From Candidatus Latescibacterota bacterium (GTDB lineage Bacteria; Latescibacterota; UBA2968; UBA8231), in assembly GCA_965203175.1 (NCBI GenBank), contig OZ241867.1:5184001-5248000 (forward strand): DNA of 64,000 nt. Reading direction: 5' to 3'. Below are positions 37,412 through 47,025 of this stretch, one piece after another (positions within the stretch are counted from its first letter, which is position 1; each line of letters begins with the position of its first letter). Both the position numbers and the translations under genes were made by a program. The notes under the pieces are model-generated. The model saw only the letters and a program-made list of their open reading frames with translations. It searched no databases and was not told where the DNA came from.

Positions 37412-38707
37412 TTACCAGTTGGCCATATTGTCAGCGGAAAAGCCGTACGCTTCTTGCAGCACGTCCTTGGCGCGCATGTAACTACTCACAATCCCATCGT
37501 ACGCGTCGCTGCCCGGCGCTTCGTAGGAGGGCGCTTCTCCCATAATGCCGTGCAATTCCTCGAGCTGACCTTGGCTGATCAGGCGGAAGGGACTGTACTG
37601 CAACGCAACGGTAAATCCCTTCATTTCCGCCCAGTGCTTGTTCAAGTTGACCCGATTTTCATCGTCCGTGCCCAGTGCAGCCATATCGCTCAAGGTGTCG
37701 TTGATATAGTGCACCACCGTTGCGGCGATGACCTTTTCCATGCCGTTGGCTGCCAATTCGCGCTGGGCGGCTATCTCGCTGGCCGAGCCTTGATTGACGA
37801 TCAGGGTGCGCCCGGCTAGGAACGCCGCAAAAATATCTCCGGTAAAATTGACTCCACTGCCGCCCTTGTCGCGCTTACCGGCGTTCCGCGACAGGCCAAA
37901 ATTGTATTCTGATTTGAAGTCAATTTGTCCGTCCCCATTGGAGTCGAAGGTGTAGTCGCCAACCGAGCCGGCTAATTGCGCGTCGGAGTAGCGGCTGTAG
38001 TCGCGGGCAGCGCCAAAATAACCGAAGGCCTCGTCCCAATGGTGCTCCATCTCCGTGTACGATTTGCCCTCTGCGGCACTGCCGTTTTCGTCCTCCAAAA
38101 GGCCGCCTAAATAGACTCCGGTGGCTTGGTAATAGGGAACGGCACCGATGAGCACTTTGTTGATCATCTGGGTCAGATCAACCCCGTCGTCGTCGGTGTA
38201 AACCGCCGGTGTGCCCAGTTTGTCGGTATCCTGCGAATTGGCGGCGATGATCTCAAACCACTCGCGCACCAGTTCGTCGGCCGTCTTGCCATAGCCGATG
38301 ACGACTTCACTCGAGATTTTGCCAGATAGGTTTTTGCCCGTCGAAATGGAGGAATAGCGATTTTCGACCACCGGCATGTCCCCGCCCGTGGTCAGCGATT
38401 CCAAGTCGTAGCCGTCGTCGTAGGCGTAGAGCCGGAGCAAGTCGTCCACTGAAGCAGGCTCAGCTCCCTCTTTGCCTAGATTGTCGATAAAGATCTTCAG
38501 GTCTTGCAGCAGCAAATTGCGCACCGTTTGACCGGAATAGGCGACGCTGCTTTCGCCGTCGTTGAAGCGGCTGTCGAAGACGTAAGCAGTGGGAATATCA
38601 AGGGTGGTGCCCCCACTACCGCTATCGACGGGATTGTCGTCGTCGCCACCGCCGCAGGCGATGAGCAGGGCGCTGGCGAGCAAAATACTGCATTTGAGGC
38701 TCCTCAT
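37412..38707 (-). CDS. DUF4856 family lipoprotein
   Basis: Lipobox LIAC, PTAYVF, SSVAYSGQT.R, YTEMEHHWDEAFGYFG, HWAEMKGF. Follows a TonB-dependent receptor. Confidence 0.8.
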   Translation of the reverse strand: MRSLKCSILLASALLIACGGGDDDNPVDSGSGGTTLDIPTAYVFDSRFNDGESSVAYSGQTVRNLLLQDLKIFIDNLGKEGAEPASVDDLLRLYAYDDGYDLESLTTGGDMPVVENRYSSISTGKNLSGKISSEVVIGYGKTADELVREWFEIIAANSQDTDKLGTPAVYTDDDGVDLTQMINKVLIGAVPYYQATGVYLGGLLEDENGSAAEGKSYTEMEHHWDEAFGYFGAARDYSRYSDAQLAGSVGDYTFDSNGDGQIDFKSEYNFGLSRNAGKRDKGGSGVNFTGDIFAAFLAGRTLIVNQGSASEIAAQRELAANGMEKVIAATVVHYINDTLSDMAALGTDDENRVNLNKHWAEMKGFTVALQYSPFRLISQGQLEELHGIMGEAPSYEAPGSDAYDGIVSSYMRAKDVLQEAYGFSADNMANW

Positions 38708-38764
38708 GGGTGCTCTCCTTTCTACAAGGTTGATGGAAGGATCGTTGTCGTCGTGTGGGAGGTT

Positions 38765-41242
38765 TTACAAGCCGCGCTTGATGCCGACGTTTATCTGTCG
38801 CCGCGGACCGACGAGGATGCCCGAGCTCAAGTGGGCTTCAGGCTGGCCGGCATTGGAGTGTAGCCTAGATCCAATGTAGATCTCGTCGAGTATATTCTTG
38901 GCCGCCACAAAAGCACTCCAGCGCGTGGACAACTTGTAGTCGGCGCTGGCGTTGACGATGGAATAGCTGGGGATCGGGCCAGTATCGCCGCGATTGAAGG
39001 TGCGCTCGATATTCTCGAAGTCGGTGAAGACCTCGTCCACAAAACGCACATCGGCCCGCAGGCGCAGTCCCTGCTTAGTCTGCTTGACCAAGCTCACCGT
39101 CAAAGTGTGCGGCGGCGCATAGGGCAACTGATTGCCGGTCAGATCCACTGCGACGTTGCCGGCCATCGTGGCCGAGGTGACGACGCCGCTCTTGATTTCG
39201 GTCTGCAAATAGGTATAAGCGAGGTTGACGTCGGGTAGGATCCAAGCCAAGCGCGAGGTCGCCAAACCTAGGGCTAATTCAAGGCCGTAGGTATCTACTT
39301 TGCCCAAGTTTTTAAACGCGGTCCCGCGCCCGGCGGCGACGAGATCCTCGATCTTGAGCAGAAAAGTAGACGCTTCTAAGCTCAGCTTCGGCCCCCAAGA
39401 GCGCACGCCGGCTTCCATATTCCAGCTTTTCTCCGCTTTAAGATCCAGCCCACCGGCACCGACGTCCTGTCCGAAACTGGTTATTTTCAGCGTGCCGCTC
39501 GAAGGCGGCGTATAGCCCCGGTGGACCCCGGCAAACGCATTGAAGCGGCCGAATTGGTAATTGACGCCCAAACCGGGCAGTAGCACCGCCGAGACTTTGT
39601 CGGCCAAGATGGAACCACGCAGGCGATCCACCCGGTCCTGTTTGAACACCTCAAAGCGCAGCCCTGGATCGAGCGTCAACCGGCCCCACTCGATCTGCTC
39701 CTTGGCGTAGAGGGCCAGCGCGGCGGTTTCGTAGTGGTGGCTCTGCCCCACGATTTTCACCGGGTCGTCCGGGTCGCCGGGGGTGCCGGTATAGTACACG
39801 CCGTCGCGCGCGTCCGGAGCATCGCCAATTTTCTTGTCGTCGATAAAGCGTTCCCAGTGGGCGCGGACTCCGGCCTCGACCTTTGCCGAATGACCGCCGA
39901 GGCTGTGTTTGAGCGAGTAGTCCTGGGCGATGCCCCCCACGTAAAAGGTCCGCAGAATACCGAAATTGCTGGCACCACCCCCTACCCGCACCAAGTCGCC
40001 ACTCTGGAAGTAGGGCACCGGCGTGAAGTCCCCCGTCTCCAAAGCCGAAGCGCGCACGAAGACGTCGTCTTCCCGCCACCAGCGGCGATCAAAGACATTC
40101 AGATAAGCCGTAGTATTGCCCACTAAATTCGCCGTGATCTTGCTGGTGTACATTAGGTCGAGAGAGGCCCGCAAAACCTTGAAATTGTCGTCTTCTTTGG
40201 GATTGAATTTGGGATTGGCGTAAAAGGAGTATTCCGTCAGACCCGTGTAAGTCGCATTGGAGTTTTCGAAATTGGCGTTGGCTTTCAAGTAGAGCACCTT
40301 TTTGTTGCTCAAGCGGAACTGCGTCTTTGTGGTTCCGTTGATTTGGTTGAAGGTGTTGTTGTCCCTGAAGCCGTTTCCGTGCTTGTAAAGCACCTGCATA
40401 TCGGACGTGATCCGTCTGCTGCTCAATCCCCGCAACTCTGCAAACGCGCTGTAGTAACCATTGCTACCTACGGTGAGCTGATTGACCATTCCCTTGGTGC
40501 CATCGGGTCTCCGCGTCGCATAATTGATGACGCCCCCCATAGTCTGAGGACCGAAGCGAATGGCCGAACTCCCCTTGATTACCTCCATCGCATCAATGCG
40601 CTCTGATGGCGGGTTGTAATAAGCATTGGGATAGATATAGACCGCCGGCTGGATCGGCACGCCGTCTTCCATAATCAGCACCCGCGAACTGCGGCGAGGG
40701 TTTAAGCCCCGGATGCCGATGCTCAACCGCGAATTGCCGAACCCATCGTCGGCGTAGCCGTTGATGCCGGGCACCAATTCGAGCAGTTCCTGCGTGCCAA
40801 CGGGCTTGATCAGTTCCACCGTCTGGGGTTTCAGCTTGGACGCGGTCCCAGTGCGCTTTTGGTTTATCAGCGGCGATTCGCCGATAATTTCGACCGGGGC
40901 CAATTGGATGGGATCGCTCAGCAGGGCGATATCCAAAACGAGCGTGGACCCAGGCGCTAGGGAAATTTCCTCGGCATGCGATTCGTAGCCGAGCAAACTC
41001 ACGGCAATGCGCTTTGGTCCAGGGGGCACTTGGGCGAGGAGAAAGGTCCCGTCCTGCCCGGTCGTGGCCCCTTTCAGGCTTTCCCCTGCCAGCCCAATCT
41101 TGACGACAGCCCCCAAAATCGGCTGTCCCGTTTCCTTGTCGACCACTTTGCCGCTGATGTCTGCCGGGGCCAACTCCAAGCTCAGAACAGGGCTGCCCAT
41201 CGACGCGATCAACACCATGGCCAAGCCCAAAAGCCTACGCAT
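38765..41242 (-). CDS. TonB-dependent receptor (FecA-like) with N-terminal carboxypeptidase-regulatory-like domain
   Basis: Signal peptide, ISGKVVD.ETG.P, plug IGIRGLNPRRS...EDGVP, EVIKG....FGPQTMGGVINY, NQLPYAP, KNILDE.Y, terminal beta strand. Confidence 0.93.
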   Translation of the reverse strand: MRRLLGLAMVLIASMGSPVLSLELAPADISGKVVDKETGQPILGAVVKIGLAGESLKGATTGQDGTFLLAQVPPGPKRIAVSLLGYESHAEEISLAPGSTLVLDIALLSDPIQLAPVEIIGESPLINQKRTGTASKLKPQTVELIKPVGTQELLELVPGINGYADDGFGNSRLSIGIRGLNPRRSSRVLIMEDGVPIQPAVYIYPNAYYNPPSERIDAMEVIKGSSAIRFGPQTMGGVINYATRRPDGTKGMVNQLTVGSNGYYSAFAELRGLSSRRITSDMQVLYKHGNGFRDNNTFNQINGTTKTQFRLSNKKVLYLKANANFENSNATYTGLTEYSFYANPKFNPKEDDNFKVLRASLDLMYTSKITANLVGNTTAYLNVFDRRWWREDDVFVRASALETGDFTPVPYFQSGDLVRVGGGASNFGILRTFYVGGIAQDYSLKHSLGGHSAKVEAGVRAHWERFIDDKKIGDAPDARDGVYYTGTPGDPDDPVKIVGQSHHYETAALALYAKEQIEWGRLTLDPGLRFEVFKQDRVDRLRGSILADKVSAVLLPGLGVNYQFGRFNAFAGVHRGYTPPSSGTLKITSFGQDVGAGGLDLKAEKSWNMEAGVRSWGPKLSLEASTFLLKIEDLVAAGRGTAFKNLGKVDTYGLELALGLATSRLAWILPDVNLAYTYLQTEIKSGVVTSATMAGNVAVDLTGNQLPYAPPHTLTVSLVKQTKQGLRLRADVRFVDEVFTDFENIERTFNRGDTGPIPSYSIVNASADYKLSTRWSAFVAAKNILDEIYIGSRLHSNAGQPEAHLSSGILVGPRRQINVGIKRGL

Positions 41243-41262
41243 AATCTCGGTTCCCCTGCTTA

Positions 41263-41484
41263 TCAGAACAGTTCTGGATTGGATTGGCGATCTATGGCAG
41301 CAACTTCATCGCCGGGAAAGGTGCTCAAGCCGTAACTTCCCTCTTCTTCTTCCTCGGACTGCGGCGCTAGCAAAGGATCGCTCTCACAGCCGGAAAGCAG
41401 GCTCCAGCACAAAGCGCACAGTAAAAATGCTAGCCCGCCAGAGGCGACTAGCGTCTTCAGTTCAAAACGCTTCTTTTTTGCCAA
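41263..41484 (-). CDS. small lipoprotein
   Basis: TTG start after GGAG. Basic N-terminus, hydrophobic stretch, lipobox LSGC, acidic tail. First gene of the TonB operon. Confidence 0.5.
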   Translation of the reverse strand: MAKKKRFELKTLVASGGLAFLLCALCWSLLSGCESDPLLAPQSEEEEEGSYGLSTFPGDEVAAIDRQSNPELF

Positions 41485-41523
41485 AATGGACTCCGCGACA
41501 GGTATGTATCGCCAACCGATTGT

Positions 41524-41550
41524 TTGATTAATGAAACTATTGATTATCAA
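41524..41550. promoter_or_regulatory. Fur-box-like site in AT-rich divergent promoter region
   Basis: AATGAAACTATTGATTATC matches about 12/19 of GATAATGATAATCATTATC by eye. Lies upstream of the FecA-like operon. Confidence 0.4.
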
Positions 41551-41803
41551 AATAAACTTATTTTTACTATCGTCAACACTTTTTTTCGCATACATACTTT
41601 TCTTTTTTAGCGACTAATTTTAAAAAATACATTGACTTACATCATTGATTGATCATACTCACAGATGTTTTTTATACTAAACAGTTCATTGCTTAACTAA
41701 ACTTTTGTTTTTTTCATCAATCCTATTTCGGCCATTAGAAGCCCGTGCGCTCTCGCCAGACGCGGGCAGCCTAGCATCCTCTTGTACAGGGAAGTGAAAT
41801 CGA

Positions 41804-42760
41804 GTGCAGATTGTGGTAACAGGTGCCGCAGGTTTTGTGGGATCGCATCTTTGCGAACGGCTAGCGGCCCTTAATTACAACGTGGTTGGCGTCGATTCTT
41901 TCAGCGACCATTACCCGGTCTGGATGAAGGAGCGCAACGCGCGCGAGCTTGCAGATGCGGGGGTGCGGGTCGAGCGGCTGGACTTAGCCTGCGACAAGTT
42001 GGAGGGAGCGCTTGCAGATGCCGAGATAGTATTCCATCTTGCGGCGCAACCCGGCATTGCCGCTCGCGTTCCCCCGGACGCGTACGTTCGCAACAATCTA
42101 GTCGCCACTCACGCATTACTCGAAGCCTGCGCTAGCTGCAAGCGACGGCCTTTCCTAGTCAACATCTCTACGTCTTCGGTATATGGACGTCGTGCCACCG
42201 CAGAAGAGACGGCCGAGCCCGAACCCATCTCCCACTACGGCGAGACAAAACTCGCCGCAGAGCAACTGGCATTGGCGTACTGGCGCGAGCGCAGATTGCC
42301 CGTGTGTTCCATGCGTCTGTTCTCTGTTTACGGCCCGCGCGAGCGCCCAGAAAAACTCTACATGAAATTGATAAGCAGCATCTTACAGGGCGAGGAATTT
42401 CCTCTATACGACGGCAGTCTGTACCACAAGCGCGCCTATACATTTGTGGACGACGCCGTAGCCGGACTCCTTGCTGTACTCGATCATCGAGACCACTGTG
42501 TAGGTGAAATCTTCAATATCGGAGCGGATATCGAGACGACGACAAGGCGCGGGATTGAAATCGTGGAAGAGATTTTGGGCCAGAAGGCTCGCCTGAGAAT
42601 TCTTCCTCCGCGCCCCGGTGATCAGACCCATACGCGGGCCAATATCGACAAGGCGCGAAGTATACTCGGCTTCGCCCCCAACACCGAACTGGAAGACGGC
42701 CTCAATACCCAAATCGCATGGTGTAAGCAACTGTTGGCGGACAGGCACAACGACATATAG
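41804..42760 (+). CDS. NAD-dependent epimerase/dehydratase (UDP-glucuronate epimerase-like)
   Basis: VTGAAGFVGSHL, HLAAQPG, STSSVYG, YGETK (YxxxK), RLFSVYGPRERP. Confidence 0.92.
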   Translation: MQIVVTGAAGFVGSHLCERLAALNYNVVGVDSFSDHYPVWMKERNARELADAGVRVERLDLACDKLEGALADAEIVFHLAAQPGIAARVPPDAYVRNNLVATHALLEACASCKRRPFLVNISTSSVYGRRATAEETAEPEPISHYGETKLAAEQLALAYWRERRLPVCSMRLFSVYGPRERPEKLYMKLISSILQGEEFPLYDGSLYHKRAYTFVDDAVAGLLAVLDHRDHCVGEIFNIGADIETTTRRGIEIVEEILGQKARLRILPPRPGDQTHTRANIDKARSILGFAPNTELEDGLNTQIAWCKQLLADRHNDI

Positions 42761-42875
42761 CCCTACGCTATCGAGCACCCCAGTTTTCTCAGGCATTCAC
42801 TATGTGAAGGATGACTTGCGTGTCTCGTGATAGATTAGTATGATTTTATAAATATGGAATTCATACTGAGGTCAC

Positions 42876-43091
42876 ATGCGAATATCTGAACGAGGACAAA
42901 TCACCATCCCCAAGAAACTGAGAGACCGCTTCGGAATGAATCCCGACGTCGAGGTTGAGATCACTCCAACAGAGCACGGCCTACTCATTCAGAAACGGAC
43001 CGCATCGAGGCACCCGGTGGAGCGCGTGTACGCCATTCTAAACAAGGGCGGAAGCACAGACGACTACATTGAAGAAATCCGTGGGCGATGA
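42876..43091 (+). CDS. AbrB/MazE/SpoVT family antitoxin
   Basis: ISERGQITIPKKLRDRFG. ATGA overlap with the PIN gene. Confidence 0.9.
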   Translation: MRISERGQITIPKKLRDRFGMNPDVEVEITPTEHGLLIQKRTASRHPVERVYAILNKGGSTDDYIEEIRGR

Positions 43092-43483
43092 TCACCGCCG
43101 TCGACACAAGCGTCCTATTGGACGTGTTTCTCCCCGACGAGCGTCACGGCCCCCGGTCGAAGGAGTTGCTGCGGCACGCCTATGACAGAGGGGCCGTTCT
43201 CGTCTGTGACGTGGTCTACGCGGAACTCGTTCCGGCGTTTGGTGACCGGGCCACGCTCGACGGAGCGCTGCGAGAGATTAGCGCGACAATCTCACCCATC
43301 GATACCGATATTGCTTACGAAGCCGGGCAACGCTGGTCGCGCTACCGGCAGGCCGGCGGACCCAGAGATCGGATCATTACCGACTTTTTGATCGGTGCCC
43401 ACGCCGTTGTTAAAGCCGAAACCTTTCTCACCCGGGATCGCGGCTTCTACTCGACCTACTTCCCGGAATTGCATAGCGGGTAA
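43088..43483 (+). CDS. vapC: PIN-domain toxin (VapC family)
   Basis: AVDTSVLLD, YAEL, DFLIGAHA, LTRD. Confidence 0.88.
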   Translation: MITAVDTSVLLDVFLPDERHGPRSKELLRHAYDRGAVLVCDVVYAELVPAFGDRATLDGALREISATISPIDTDIAYEAGQRWSRYRQAGGPRDRIITDFLIGAHAVVKAETFLTRDRGFYSTYFPELHSG

Positions 43484-43528
43484 GGTTCCACCCTCTATGG
43501 CGTTTTCAATCGCAGCACCACCCAAGTG

Positions 43529-45826
43529 CTAGTACGCCACCGCGACCACGCGCCGCCTGCTGTAGCTTTCCTCATCGCCTTCGACGCGCAATTCCGCCAC
43601 GTACAACCCTAGCGCGACCCGCGTATCCCAACGTCCCCTGCCATCCCAAACCCAAACCCGACCACCAGCCTCGCCCTCCTCTTCCCGCACCCACACCAAC
43701 CGCCCCGCAAGGTCGAAAATCCGCAGGCCGATCCGCCGCGCGGCCAAGACATTGACCAAGTCGAATCCCACTCGCAACGCGTCGTTGATCCCGTCGCCGT
43801 TGGGCGTCAACGCCAGCGGCCCTATCGCCACGTTGGCCAACAGCCGCGCTCCCACGGGTAAGCGCACGGCATTTGTGCTACTAGCGACCTCCGCGTACGC
43901 GTCGCCCGCATCCACCCGCTGCCGCAACAGCGAGTCAGCAGGGCCTTGGGCGATAAAGGCGTCAAAACGCGTGGCATCGACAAACACGGTTCCGGCAAAG
44001 CGCAATTCCACTAGCTGACGGCTCTTGACCGGCGCGGCCAAGGCGATGGCCACCCCCCCTTCCGTCGGTGTCGGCGTCGCCTCTACTACCTCGCCCTCCA
44101 CCAACACCGCCACAAACTCAATCGGCGCGGAACTCTCCACCTCCAAGTGGTCAAAGCCACGGCCCGCCACCCGCTGCGGACGAATGTAATAGGCAAACTC
44201 GGTCCGCTCCCCAGGCTGCACTTCGACCGGAAAGATCTCCCCCACCACTTCTTGCGCCACTGGATCGCCAAACTCGATCTCCAGCCAATCTAAGGCCGCC
44301 CCCACATCCGACCGCTCGGACACCAAGGCGACATCCAACTCGGCGTATTGTCGCGGCGAGGGAGACGCGAATGGCTCGCCCGGCTGCAAGTACAGCTTGC
44401 TCCACGGACTCCAATTGGCCCCCGGCGAAAGCGCGGTGTCGATCCGGCCCTTAAAGGACGGGATGAGCTTGTTGTACTTCCGCTCGGTGACGACCCGGCC
44501 ATTTTTGTCGTGATAGGTGATGTCCATTTGCAGGTCATTGCCCGTGCGGCTGCGCACCTCCACCCGCGTCCCAGCGGGCGCGTCGGCCCGCCAGCGAATC
44601 GCGTGTACCTGCTTGTCGCCGCCGAGGTCAATCAGGGGCGAGGATAGCATCACCCGCTGCGGATAGCCCTCGCCAAAGATCTGCAACTCGCGCGTGCCAC
44701 CCCAAAACTGACAGGGCGGCACAATGCCGCAGCCCACGCAAGCGGCCGCGCAGGCCGCATCCCAAAACACCCATTCGACCCGCACGTAGCGCGTCCTGAT
44801 CGGCGCAAAGTGGTGGTTGGCGATCCCCAGCCGACGATTGGATGCCGTAGCTTTACCCGCGAATTGCCGGTGCCAGATGCGCGTGCCATTCGGCGCCAGC
44901 GACCCATCCGAGGTCAGCACCTCGTAGCGGTCAAAGTTGAAGCGGAATTGCCCGGGCCGCGACAAAAAATTCCCCACGATGCGCACCAAATCCACCCAAT
45001 AGACCGCGCCCAAGTCCAAGGTCATGCGCGAGATCACATCAACCGGGCGATTGATGCGGCGATTCTCCGTCCACAGAGAGAACCGGCCGTCGGCCAGCGG
45101 CAGCGAGTTGGCAAACGACGCAGCATCGCCAAAACCGTCGATATCGACGATGATTTCCAAGTCCCCGCCCTTGGCCGCCAGATCCAAGGAGAGATTGTCG
45201 CCGATGGCTTCGACCTCCACTTCGGCCAGCGCGGCTCCGGCTCCACAGTCGAGCATTTCGACGCGGATAAATTGCACAAACGGATCGCGCACTGGGTCCA
45301 GATCCAACGCGATCTGCTGCCGCTGATTTTCCTTGAAGCGCTCCTTCACGCGGTACACGAGGCTGCCTTCAATGGGGTTGCCGACCACGTCAATGGCTGG
45401 CTCGCCAGTGGAAAGCAACACGTCGAACAGCGCGCACGGCGGCGCACTCGCCAAAAAACTCAGCGCTACCCGGCGCGCGGCTACGGCTCGTCCCAAGTCG
45501 ACCTCGATCCACCAATCGTCGGGATCGTCGGCCAAGTCGGGACTCCAACCGGTCAGCCGATCCCCGTCAATGGCCCGCGCCGCAGCTAGCGCATTGGAGC
45601 CAGCCGCGCGAATCCCGCCGCCAAAGGCCGCGGCATCGCGCACTGGATCGACGTTTTTGCGGATTTCGACCGGACGGATGATCCCAGCGTCGTCGAGCGC
45701 AACTATCCCCAGCGGCAAGCGCCAAGTCCGCCACTCATCAGCCGCGTCAAAGCGGAGTTGCTCGGCGGCCAGCGAACCGGCTAGCCATAGCACAGCGACG
45801 GCGTGGAGGAATACTTTGCAACCCAT
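43529..45826 (-). CDS. secreted discoidin-like/FlgD-Ig C-terminal domain protein ('type B' paralogue)
   Basis: ATG at 45826 after AGGAG. Signal peptide, AIDGD..TGW...WIEVDLG (F5/8C-like), LTPNGDGIND...IFDLAG...WDGR...VAVAY*. Confidence 0.75.
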   Translation of the reverse strand: MGCKVFLHAVAVLWLAGSLAAEQLRFDAADEWRTWRLPLGIVALDDAGIIRPVEIRKNVDPVRDAAAFGGGIRAAGSNALAAARAIDGDRLTGWSPDLADDPDDWWIEVDLGRAVAARRVALSFLASAPPCALFDVLLSTGEPAIDVVGNPIEGSLVYRVKERFKENQRQQIALDLDPVRDPFVQFIRVEMLDCGAGAALAEVEVEAIGDNLSLDLAAKGGDLEIIVDIDGFGDAASFANSLPLADGRFSLWTENRRINRPVDVISRMTLDLGAVYWVDLVRIVGNFLSRPGQFRFNFDRYEVLTSDGSLAPNGTRIWHRQFAGKATASNRRLGIANHHFAPIRTRYVRVEWVFWDAACAAACVGCGIVPPCQFWGGTRELQIFGEGYPQRVMLSSPLIDLGGDKQVHAIRWRADAPAGTRVEVRSRTGNDLQMDITYHDKNGRVVTERKYNKLIPSFKGRIDTALSPGANWSPWSKLYLQPGEPFASPSPRQYAELDVALVSERSDVGAALDWLEIEFGDPVAQEVVGEIFPVEVQPGERTEFAYYIRPQRVAGRGFDHLEVESSAPIEFVAVLVEGEVVEATPTPTEGGVAIALAAPVKSRQLVELRFAGTVFVDATRFDAFIAQGPADSLLRQRVDAGDAYAEVASSTNAVRLPVGARLLANVAIGPLALTPNGDGINDALRVGFDLVNVLAARRIGLRIFDLAGRLVWVREEEGEAGGRVWVWDGRGRWDTRVALGLYVAELRVEGDEESYSRRRVVAVAY

Positions 45827-46006
45827 GGTGTCTCCTATGGCATCGGTCGCCTCGGCTGGCGTTTCCCCCCGCAAGCGACGCGAAGCCATAGTATATCGAA
45901 TCGCACTTCTCCCTCCAATCTGCGCTTGCCTCTTATACATGGCCCTTGTTATTGTAGAGACAACACTGCGTCGTCCACCAACCGCGCACCCATTGGAGGA
46001 AAAACC

Positions 46007-47020
46007 ATGCCCGCGCTCACCCCCAGCCAACTCGACCACTTTGCCAGCGAAGGCTACGTCGTCGTCAAAGGCGTCCTCGACCCAGTCACCACCCTCGACC
46101 CAGTCATCGACGAATACGCCACGGTCCTCGACAGCTTGGCCGACGATCTCTACGCTCAAGGTGAAATTACCTCGCGCTACGAAGAGCTCGAGTTTGGCGA
46201 CCGCTACATCCAGATCTGCGTTGAAACCGGCCGCATCCACAGCCAGTACTTCGACTTCTCACTGCCCTTCCAAAACGTCCAGCCCGACACTCCCTTCTGG
46301 GCCGGGCCAGCCGTCTTCCGCGCCTTCACCGACCCGAACCTGCTCGACGTCGTCGAGTCGCTGATTGGCCCGGAAATCTACTCCAACCCCGTCCAGCACG
46401 TGCGCATCAAACCACCCGAGCACTACCTGCCCAAAAACCAACACGGCAACCCCATCCTCGGCGCGACCCAATGGCACCAAGACCACGGCGTCGTCACCGA
46501 AGAGGCGGACGATACGCAGATGCTGACCATATGGTTCTCGCTCCAAGACACGCCCATCGAGAAAGGGCCACTGATGGTCGCGCCCGGCTCGCACAAAAGC
46601 GGACTGCTGCCGCACTGCTCCAACTACATGGACAACGCACCCCAATTCGCAGGTGCGACCCAAGTGCCGGAAAAGCTCTTTGCGGCCGAGCGGGCCATCC
46701 CCGTGCCGGTCGAGCGCGGCGACGTCATCTGCGTCCACAAGCAGACCGTCCACGGCTCCTATCCCAACGTCAGCGACGAGGTCCGCTGGAGCTTTGACCT
46801 GCGTTACAATCCCACCGACCAGCCCACCGGACGCATCGCCTTCCCCGGGTTTGTCGCGCGCAGCCGCCGCGATCCAGACAGTGAGTTGCGCGACCCAGCC
46901 GAGTGGCACCGACTGTGGCTGGAGGCGCGGGCCAAAATGGCGACCGTCAACCAAGACGGCCAGATCGACGTCCCCTTCCGCCGCGAGCAAATGGAAATGG
47001 CGCATCCCCTATGTGCCTAA
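46007..47020 (+). CDS. phytanoyl-CoA dioxygenase (PhyH) family protein
   Basis: LTPSQLDHFASEGY, QWHQD, GPL.VAPGSH, HGS.PN.S..VRWSFDLRY. GGAGG RBS. Confidence 0.88.
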   Translation: MPALTPSQLDHFASEGYVVVKGVLDPVTTLDPVIDEYATVLDSLADDLYAQGEITSRYEELEFGDRYIQICVETGRIHSQYFDFSLPFQNVQPDTPFWAGPAVFRAFTDPNLLDVVESLIGPEIYSNPVQHVRIKPPEHYLPKNQHGNPILGATQWHQDHGVVTEEADDTQMLTIWFSLQDTPIEKGPLMVAPGSHKSGLLPHCSNYMDNAPQFAGATQVPEKLFAAERAIPVPVERGDVICVHKQTVHGSYPNVSDEVRWSFDLRYNPTDQPTGRIAFPGFVARSRRDPDSELRDPAEWHRLWLEARAKMATVNQDGQIDVPFRREQMEMAHPLCA

Positions 47021-47025
47021 ACGCC

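Noticed and set aside
41485-41800. Riboswitch or ncRNA in the AT-rich leader of the TonB operon
   Set aside because: No cobalamin, TPP or other aptamer motif was recognised. The region reads as a divergent promoter, and the ORF extension to 41595 is likely spurious.
45827-46240. N-terminal extensions of the 903-aa and 405-aa ORFs suggesting overlapping divergent genes
   Set aside because: RBS-supported starts at 45826 (signal peptide follows) and 46007 remove the overlap.
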